64,000 nt of DNA from Salpingoeca rosetta (taxonomy: Eukaryota; Protista; Choanoflagellata). The position numbers were made by a program, and so were the translations under genes. Each line of letters starts with the position of its first letter. Positions within the stretch are counted from its first letter, which is position 1. This document shows positions 12,315 through 22,919 of the stretch, piece by piece. The stretch covers positions 1,140,036 through 1,204,035 of the forward strand of contig JAWQFM010000017.1 of the NCBI GenBank assembly GCA_033442325.1, read 5' to 3'. A model generated the notes under the pieces. The model was given only the letters and a program-made list of their open reading frames with translations, had not been told where the DNA came from and ran no database searches.

Positions 12315-15300
12315 GTAGTGCGTGTGTGTGTATGTGGACACGCTCATGTGGACACGCTCATGCGTTATGCGTTCCTTGGTTGCATCATCTCACACTTACA
12401 TTCACACCATCACCTTCCCACCACCCCTACCCATCACTCCCCCCCCCAAACAAAACCAAACACAGTTGAAGCTGAGGTTGCTGCGTCGGAGCGGGCCAAT
12501 GCCGCTGCTGTTGCCGCAGCCGATCTGGTCACGCTGCGCGAGATGCAGGTGACAAACCTCTCGGCAAATATCACTGCGCTCGAAGCAAAGCTGGACCGCC
12601 TTGCTGATGCCATTGCCAGCAACGAGACAAGCGCTGATGCTGTTGCTGCAGACCTTGCTTCCGCACGTGCGCTCCTGGCAGAGGAGAACGCCAACCTGAC
12701 TGCGGCACAGACACTGGCGCAGCAGCGGCAGGCCAGCCTCCAGGCAGCCTCGTCCGTGCTGGACTCCGCGCTGGCCACACGCACGTCCATTGCAGAGCAG
12801 TTGGATGACGCCACGACGGCGCTGAACTCCGTGGTCCGACGCGTGGTGGACTTCACACAGGAGCCAGACACCATTGATCTGGCTGCACAGCTGCCGGCGC
12901 CGGAGAGCGAAATCGAGTACTATGCTGGCCTTGTTGTCACCGCCGTGTACTACACGCAGCCAGACAGCCCCACACCCCGCTCCATTGCTGTGCGCGAGGG
13001 GCTTGGCTTTGGTGTCGTTGGCTCCGCCTGTGGCGGCACGTGCTTCACGGGACTGCACGAGGTGCGACTGGCATTCAACACCACCGTCTCCAACGTCGTG
13101 TTTGAGAACAGCTTCACAGACTCGGAGGAGCCCCTCGGGCCTCTCGCTGTCACCATCTATAACCTGGATGGCACCGCCATCGACACCGCCATGATGCAGC
13201 GGGACGCCGTGTTCAACAACGCCTACAACATCTCTGCTGCGTTCCCCGGCGTTCGCATTGGCGGCTTTGCCGTGCAGGCAACCGACTCGATTGTGCGCTT
13301 TGCCTCTGTTTCCTTTGATCAGGTGGAGGGTGGCAGCTATGAGGATGCGCTTGCACGCGTCAACACGTATTCGTCACAGCTCTCCGCTGCCGATGTTGCC
13401 GTGTTTGACGCCCAGCAGCAGGCAGGGCTCGCCGCCCAGGCCTACGTGCAAGCGGCTGCAGCGTTGTCGCAGCAGTCTGCAGAGACAGCGGCAGCACAGC
13501 AGCAGGAGCAGACGCTCAGCCAACAGGCCAGCGCACTCAACGCCACGTTGCTCATGTTGCGCACGGACAGCCGGCAAACCCAGTCCCTGCTCAACTCGCA
13601 GCGCCAGCGCTACGCGGACCACACCTTGCTCCTGCAACAAGCCGAGAACGAGCTCATCCAAGCGCAGGAGCAGGCAGACCAGCTGGCCGCTGCCGTGACA
13701 GAGGCGCAGCAGGCGGCCGTGTGCCCTGACCTGCAGTGCGTGTCCAGCATCACCGTGGAGATTGCACACAACGATGATGCCTTTGGCGTCTTCTCCATCA
13801 ACGCGACTGCGGCTGTGGCCTCGGCCACCGCAGGCGAGGGCCAGGCCTTTGTTGTGCCCGTCGTGCGTGCTGCCGGCACCTTCCGCGCAGTCTCACTGCA
13901 GTGGCGCCTCAACTTTTCCTCCACAGCGTCACCAGCAGACATTGCTGCGCCCACCACGGGAGCACTCACGTTCTCGTCGCGTCAGACGAGTGCTGAGCTT
14001 GTGCTTCCCATTGTTGACGACGCAGTGACAGAGGAAGCAGAACACCTGAGCGTGATCTTGACAAATGTGTCCCTGGGCCGGGTTGAGGACCCCAGCTCGC
14101 TCACACTCACCATCGACGCCAGCGATGCCGTTGGCATCTGCACCCCAACATCGTGCGCCAACAACGCCACATGCGTGGATGGCGTGTTTGACGTCACGTG
14201 CCTGTGCCAGCCTGGTTTCGCCGGCGACCGCTGCGACATCAACATTAACGAGTGCGCAAACGTGACCTGTTTCAACGGCGGTACCTGCGCGGACCGGATT
14301 AACGACTTTGACTGCGCGTGCATCAATGGCTTCCAGGGCAAGCTGTGCGAAATCTCACCGCTGTGCGACCAGGGCGAAACCTGGTGCTTCCGCAGCAACG
14401 CGTGCGTGCACACCGCCATCTCGCAGCAAACATGCCAGGTGCCGTGCGACAGCGAGACGCACGTGTTCTGCTTTGCGTCCCAGACGTGCCGCCCCCGCGT
14501 CGTTGCTGACATGCCATGCCCCGTTCCTGGACCCGCGCCGCTCATCACAGCACCGTTCGCCATCAGCGTCGCCGAGGACACGGCTGTGCTCACGTCGCTG
14601 GCGAGCGTGTACGCCACCCCGCGGCACCGCTGGGGTGAGAACATCACCTACTTCATCGAAGATGTAGGCATGGGCGGCGGTGCTGCTGGCGACGTTGCCA
14701 ACACAACGGTTGCTGGCCCCTTTGCCATTGACACGCTGACCGGTGTGATCTCCCTCGTGGGGCTCTTGGATCGGGAGCAGGTGGACGCGTACACGCTCCT
14801 CGTGACTGCTGTCGACTCTGCACCAGACCACAAGACAAACAGCACCACCGTCACAGTGGTGGTGACCGACGTCAACGACAACAGCCCCACGTTCGCGCCC
14901 GCCACCCCAACCGCGGTATCCGTGCTGGAGAGCGCGTCTGTGGGCACACAAGTCGCGCAACTGGTGGCGAGTGACCCGGATGCAGGGGCCAACGGCAACG
15001 TGCGCTTCACACTTGACGCCGGCAACGCACTGGGGTCATTCCAGCTCGACTCGTCATCTGGTGTGCTCAGCGTTGCTGGCACGTTGGACGGCGATCAGCA
15101 GACGTCGTACACGCTCACCATCTCCGCACACGACCAAGGAACACCTCCGCTCACAACCACAACAACGCTGGAAGTGAACGTGGTCGTGTACCCACCACCC
15201 GCCTTTACAGACGGAGGCAGCTACACAGCAGGGTTCCCTGAGGAGGCAACAGGGCTGGTGGTGCGTGTTAGCGCTACAGTCCAGCACCCGTACAGCAACG

Positions 15301-18300
15301 ACGCCGTGATGTACGCCGTTGTGTCTGCGGAGACAAGCGAGGGTGATGACGTGACTTCACATGTTGGCGTCAACAGCACCGGGCACATCCACGCCACGCA
15401 GGCACTGGACCGCGAAAGTTACGCGTTTGTCGTTGTCACTGTTGCTGCCACAGATTTTGCACCGCTGCGCAAGACCTCGCTGGCTGTTGTGAACGTGACG
15501 GTGGTGGATGTGAACGACAATGCGCCCGTGTTCGACAGCAGCGTTGCAGATGGGGTGCTGGTGTTCGTGCGGGAGGAGGACGCGCCAGGCACCCTGGTCA
15601 CAGACGAGCTCACGGCACAGGACGCGGACCAGGGCGACAACGCCCGCATCACGTACAGCATCGTGAGTGGAAACACGGGCAATGCGTTCAGCATCGACGC
15701 AGACACGGGCGTGGTGACGCTTGCCGCACAGCTCAACGGCAGCGTTGTGGACGAGTACGTGCTTGGTGTTGAGGCGCGTGACAACGCGGCGCACGTGAGT
15801 GACCAGCTGTCTTCGGTTGTGAGCGTGAACGTGAGCGTGGTGTACTTTGGGGCGCCCGTGTTTGGGGCACCGTCGTACCGCGGGAACGTGAGCGAGGACG
15901 CAGGCGTGGGGACGGGTGTTGTGCGTGTGTGTGCGACGGCACAGCACGACGGAGCAGACCAAGGGATTGACTTTGCGATTGTGAGCGGGAACGTTGGGGG
16001 TGTGTTTGGGCTTCGCATGGGCAGCGACAACGTGAGCGCGGAGGTGTATGTGGCGGGGCCGCTGGACCGCGAGACGCGCGGGGTGTATGTGCTTGGGGTG
16101 GTTGGGCGGGACCGAGGCCCGCTGAGGAAGCGGAGCGGGGTGGGCGTGCGTGTTGATGTGCTTGATGTGAACGACCACGTACCGGTGGTTGTGGGTGCCG
16201 ATGGCGGGGAGAGCGGTGGGTGGCCCGAGCCTGTTGTGCGGATGGAGGTGCGCGAGGAGGCGAGCGTTGGGAGCGTTGTTGGGGTGATTGTGAGCGAGGA
16301 TGGTGATGCTGGAGCGTATGGGACGGTGACTGTGTCTGTTGGTGCGACGCGTGTTGGCGGCGGGGACTTTGGAGGGGTGTTTTCGCTTGACGGCGGGAGC
16401 GGGCGGGTGCTCGTTGCTGGCGTGCTTGATGGGGCTGAGACGCCCGAGTATGTGGTTGAAGTGATTGCGCGGGATGGCGGGGGCCTGACCTCCAACGCCA
16501 CCCTCATCATCACCGTCATCTACTTCAACGGGCCCCGGTTCAACGCCACTTCCTACGCTGCAACAGCAGCGGAAGACGTGGTTGTAGGTGCCACCATCGT
16601 CAACGTCTTTGCGGTTGCGCGTCACGACCAGCTAGATCGCACCATCGACTACAGTCTCGCAGACTCGCTTGGACTGTTCGACGTGACTGCTGATGGCCGC
16701 ATTGTTGCTGCTGCGCCACTTGACTACGAGACAGCCACATTGCACGAACTGACGGTCGTGGCGACTGATCACGGCCCATTGCGCAAGTCCAGCAACGTCA
16801 CTGTCGTGGTCACTGTGACTGATGTGAACGACAATGCACCCGAGTTTTCGCCGCCCTCCTACACATTTACCATTCGGGAAGACGCGAGCGAAGGCGTTGT
16901 TGTTGGCAGCGTGAATGCGTTTGACCTTGATTCTGGCGCCAACGCCGCTCTGCACTTTAGCACCGACTCGCCCGCATTTGCTGTTGCTTCGCCCTCAAGC
17001 AGCGGTGTCACGACCGTTGACGTTGTGGTGACGGCATATGGGGCTGTAACCCTGGACGGCCTGCAAGAGCCAACAATTACCTTGACAGTGACTGCCAGGG
17101 ACGGTGGCAGCCCTGCCCTCTCCTCCACGGCGACAGTGACCATCGATGTGACGCTTGTGCCGACGGTGCAAGCGCCATACTTGAAGCTGTACAACACGCT
17201 CAGCGCAGCGTCTGGGTTTATCCCAGCCGAGTTTAGCAGAGACGTGTCGTCGCTCGCGCTGGTGTCGGACTTTGACACGCGTCACGGCGTGTGGGACATC
17301 AGCGTGGATGACGGGTCCACGTGGACACGTGTCAACACTGGCGCGCGATGGCGTGACAACACGGCGCTCGTGCTGCGGACGGGGGAGAGCAGCAGCACTC
17401 TGTTGCGGTTTGTGCCCACGGAAGGATTTGCTGGCGTTGCCACGGTGCATGTGCGTGCGTACAACGGGGACAACGCCACCATCACTGGCGCTGCTGCAGG
17501 TGCTGCTGCCGATGCACTCGTTGACGTGGGCGCAAGCCCCGATACCTTGCATGATGTCAGCGGCAATACCGCCCTGGGCGTTGTGTTCGTCGCCGCCCCG
17601 CTCAGCAGCGTGCAAGTTGCAGAGAGCACGAACGTGACCGTGGACCTGCCAAACCTGCTTGAAGACACATCGCTGCTGCAGAATGTCGGCGTGCAGCTGA
17701 CATCACTCCTGCAAGGTCACCTGCAATTTGCCACGGTGAGCGGCCCCGCGACGGGCATGGCTGCGCTCACCACTGGCGGCTGCGATGGTACCGGTACATG
17801 GTGTAACAGCACGGCCGTTGCTGTGATGTTCCCAGACGATGTCGACACGCTCGTGCAGCCGCGCGATCACGGCATCGTCGTTGAGAGCGTATCGGAGAGC
17901 GCCGGTGTGTGGCAGAGCCGAGCAGCGTCCGTGACTGGGTTTGAGGAGACACTTGTAGGCGATGTGGTGCCGCTGCAGTCGCTGCTGCGGTTTGTGCCGG
18001 CGGCAGAAGAGAATGGTCTGTTTGAGATGGTGGTGCGCGGGTGGCATGGAAAGCTGCATGCGCTCGCACGGCAAGCGAGCACGACAGCCCACACCATCAC
18101 CATTCGCCAGAGTGTGGTCGCAGTTGCAGATGCCCCACGTGCGCTGACTGCGAACGTGACGCTGGCGCCCGTGCCATACGAAGTGACAGCGCAGACGGCG
18201 AACGGATCGCGCGTTGACGAGAGCATTGCTGGGCATGCGGTGGATGCAGATGGGCAGGCCATTGGCCTTGCTGTTGTTGGCGTCGCAAACTGTATCACAA

Positions 18301-21300
18301 CAACAGCCACAGCAACAAGCAGCAGTAACGGTGACAGATGCCGCGGATCGTGGCAGTATCTGCTTGATTCGACGCAGGAGTGGCGTGCGTTCCCACTGGA
18401 TGCCAGCGACCAGAAGGCGGTGCTGCTGGCGCCCCACTCGCGTGTGCGCTTCGTCCCACTGCCCAACTACTTCTGGCCACGCGGCAATGCCTCGGTGTGG
18501 CTGCGTGTGCGCTACTGGGATATGAGCGTGGGCCGAGCCGGTGACACGGCTATGCTTGCAGACGCCTCGGCACCGCAGCAGCTGCTGTTCCCAACAGCCT
18601 TCAGCAGCCGCGTTGTGAGCGTGTTTGTGGACCGCCTTGGCTGTGACGGTGAGGTTGGCAGCCAGCTGTCCGTCGATGCGTGCGGGGTGTGCGGCGGAAA
18701 CGGCAGCGCGTGCGCTGGGTGCGATGGCGTGCTTGCGTCCAATGTGCAGGAGGATGCGTGTGGGGAGTGCGGTGGTGATGGCTCGTCCTGCATGGGGTGC
18801 GACCTTGTTCCGCTGTCCAATGCGCAGGTGGACGAGTGCGGCATCTGTGGCGGTCAGAACCTGAACAAGGACTGCGCTGGCGTGTGTTTTGGGGTGGCGT
18901 CGCGAGACGACTGTGGCGCCTGCTTTGGCGGAGACGCAGAGCGCCAAACACCCGACCTCGACAAGGATTGCGATGGCGTGTGCTTTGGCGCTGCGTTTGT
19001 GGACGACTGTGGCGCGTGTGTTGAAGGCGCAACGGGCCTGAGTGCCAACTACAACAAGGACTGTGCTGGCGTGTGTTTTGGTGGCGCGCAGATCAGCGAC
19101 GTGTGTGCGCTGCAAGGCGTGTCGTATTGCGGTGAGCCCGTGCTCGACTGCAGTGGTGAGTGCTTTGGTTCCCGTATCGTGTCGAGCTGCGGTGATTGCG
19201 TGCAGCCGGACAACGCGACGCTCCTTGACTGCGCCGGCGTGAGTGGCGTGACACCTCGTGTCGTGCCCGTATCCTCTGCCTCTGTGCGCTTCACAATCGC
19301 TGGGAGCGGTTTCCCGCCAGATGTCGGCGCACGCGACGTGACCTGCCGTGCCGTCAGCAGCAGTGGCCGTGGCAGCGTCACTGGATATGGGTGGGTGGCG
19401 TCTTCGACCACGATCACGTGCGTGTTCTCGACGCTGACCGTCGGTGATTATGACCTTGAGGTGGAGCTGCACGGGTCTGCCCTGTCATCGTCACCATCAT
19501 CATCATCATCATCGTCACTTGCCGTTGCTGTGGTGAGTGATGCTGCATCTGTTGGCGCCCCGCCCACGACCAACGTCAATGCGTTCCCTTACGACACGCA
19601 GACGTTCAACCTCTTTGCCGTGACGCCGTCCTCTGCCCCACTTGCCAATTTGAGCGAGGCCGTGGACGCTATTCGCGTGTCCGGCGCGCTGTCGTCGTTT
19701 GGCCCTGCAGACGAGACCACAGGGTGCCTGTTTGTGACGAGTGACACGGGCCTGCTCGGTGTGGTCTCTGGGCAGTGGTTTGCGCGGCGTATCAACTGCG
19801 TCGCTGGGCCGCTGCAGTTTGCGCGACAGATTGAGATTGACATTGAGGATGACGAGCAGCAAGCGTTCACCACGCTGGATGCTGTGGAGAGCCACCTGCG
19901 CCAGGCCCGCCCCGACATTGCCAGCGTCACCTTCACTGTGAGTGGTGATGGCGACGCGGCCTCGGGCAAGCCGCTGCCCACCGGCAGCAGCGTGCTGGTG
20001 GAGTTCTCAGCGGACCTGAACCAGATTGCGTGCTTGGAGGCATCGATGGCCACCATCAACGCCCTGTTTGGCCTCTTCCCACGCGTCTCCAGTGGAAGTG
20101 CTGGAAGTGCTGCTGATGCTGATGCAAATGCGGTCCCCACGCTTGTTGGCAGTGACGTCCTGTCACTGTCATCTTCCGAGGTCGTGTGTGCCGTGCCTTC
20201 AGTGCAGCGCTCAGCGACCATGGAGGTGATGCTGGTGCACCAGGGTGTGGTGGCGGCTGCTTCAGGCACCACGCCCACTGTCACGTTTGTGCACCGCGCT
20301 GCACAGGCCAGTGCCCGCTTCTCTGCCTCTGGCCGCCACCTTGTGGTTACGTTTGACGTTGGCGTGCTGCCTGTGGAGCCGTGTGCCGCAGTGTTCACGG
20401 CGGCATCACGGAGCGCGCTGGATGCAACCGCGTGCACGTGGACGACGCACACACTGACCGTTTCCCTGGGCCGCAACGCAACCCTGCTGCCTGGCGACCG
20501 CGTGTGGTTTGCACCTGTGGACACCAGCGGTGATGTGGCAGCGGACACCCTCAGCACAGGCGCAGGCATTCACGTGGCCGGTGAGCTGCACAGCTACGCC
20601 GTGTCTGGGTCTGTCGTCGTTGGCCTGCCTGATGACTACCAGCCCTCCATCCCCCGCTTCACGCTGCCGCAACAAGTACGGGCGTGCGCAGGGCTGCTGC
20701 TGGATGCCAGCGCATCACACGTGGCAGCCGGGCGTCCAGCCACGTTCCACTGGAGTGCACTGGCCCACGGAGGCGAAGATACGACCGCGCTTGAAGCGCA
20801 CCTTGCCAGCGTGTCTGGTAGCAGCGATGGCCCTGAAGGCGTCGTGGTGGAGGTTGCAAGTTCCCTCCTGCGTGCGGGCACAACATACACGTTTGGCTTG
20901 GCCATTGAAGACGCGCTGGGCGTGCGCAGCAGCGTCGTTACGGTGGACACGACGGTGATGGTACAGGGCAGCGTTGGCGGTGGTGCACAACAGGTCGCGT
21001 CGCTTGAGATCCTTGGTATTCCGCCTGTCCTGCATGCGTCGTCAGATCTCACCGTCCGTGTGCGCCCCGTTGCGCCGCTGCACGGGAACACGTGTGCGGG
21101 CGAAAGCCTTGGCACAGCGATTGCTGCTGCTCTTGGTGCTGCGAGCGGCACCAGCGCAGATGTGCAGTACTGCTGGCAACTCTCGCCGGCCCGCGCGTCC
21201 AATGGCGGAGCGCCGCTGGCTGTTGCTTCTGCATGTGCGCCAACACCGTGGTTTACAGTTTCGGGCACACTGCTGCTGCCCCATCAGCAGCACACGCTGA

Positions 21301-22888
21301 CGGTGACGGTGCGAGTGACATCGGAGGATGCCGAGGCACCCGTGCTTGCGTCCACCAGCACCGTGTTTGACGTCGTGCCAACGCCGCTTGAGGCGAGCGT
21401 GCTTGGCGGTGACTTGCTGGGCGGGCGGCGCACGGTGCCATTGGACGCCACCATCAGCTTGGATGCGTCTGTGTCCTCTGATCCCGACGCCACGGACGAG
21501 CTGGAGCTGTTTGGCTGGCGGTGCGAAGACATTGCCCTGAGCCAGCCATGCAGCACGACAGCAAACGGCAATGTGCCCAGCGTGCTGCTCTTCCCTGCCA
21601 CGCCGCAGCTGTCGCAGGCTGCGGCAGACTTTGGTGCCGGCAGCTACCGCTTCACGGCCACGTATCGCAAGGGCGGCCGCTTTGTGGACGCACGCGCCGT
21701 GGTGGAGGTGGTGGAAGCGCCAGTCGCACCCCAGCTGCGCGTGTTTGGGGTGGCGCAAGGGTATGTGCCCACGCCCACAGAGCACGTGTTCCTGCCCCAC
21801 GCCGTGGTCAACCCGTCCCTGCCCGTGACGGTTGTCGTGGAAGTGACACACGCGTCCGCGCTCGCATCTGCGACATGGTCCGTGGTCGCCGACAGCAGCA
21901 GCGGCAGCGGTGGGAATGAAGATGAGGAGCCGTTGGCGTGGCTTGACTTGGAGGCAACCGCTCTGACGCCACTCACGTACACGCAGGCAGAATTGGCTGC
22001 ACTGGTGACGTTGGACGACGGCACCCAGCGCACGTTCCTGCAGCTCACCCTGCCCCCAGATGCTGTCGTGTCTGGCGCAACGTACCGCTTTAGGTGCACG
22101 GCAGCGACGGCCGCTGAGCACGGGTTTGCCGAGGCGACGGTGGTGGGCAACCACGTGCCGTCTGGTGGCGCCCTGGATGTGGTGTCGTGGACAATGACGA
22201 ACAATGGCATGGGCGTGACACGCGCTCGCCTGACTGCTCAGGGCTGGGGTGACGCTGACCTGCACTATCCGCTGATGTATCGCTTTGGCGTTGGCGCTGA
22301 CCCAGCCACGCGCGTGTGGCTGACGACGTTTGATTACAGCAGTCGCCTCTCTGGTGTGGTGCTGCCTGCTCCCGCAAGCAACACCACCACGCACGTGTCT
22401 GTTGTGCTGCAGGTGCGCGACAGGCTTGGGGCCACCGCGGAGTCGACGGTGGAGGTGGCGACCAGCACAGCAACAACAGCCGGCACAGGAACAACCCCAT
22501 CGGTGGATGCGGCTGCGTTGGCAGCCAACGTGAGTGCTGCGTTGGACGCCGGCAACTGGCCGCTGGCGGTGCGTGTTGGCGTTGAAGCTCTGTGGATGAC
22601 AGGCGACTCCACAAACGCTGCAGTGGTGGTGGACACGGTCGCCGGCGTTGTCTTGGACAGCGTGCGCGCTGCCCTGTCGCTTCAGTCTGGCTCCTCATCG
22701 TCTTCCTCCTCTGCCTCTTTGACAGACGGGGAAGCAGACTTGTTGCTGTCAGCAGTGGCTGTCGTTGCAAACAGGCGTGCGTTCCTGTCCGAAACAACAC
22801 GCGGTCGTGTGGGTGAGTTGACGGAACACATTGGCGCCATCCTCATTCCGGCTGCGGAGGAGGAAGGCCTGCTCAACAGCAACAACAA

Positions 22889-22919
<31 letters not shown>

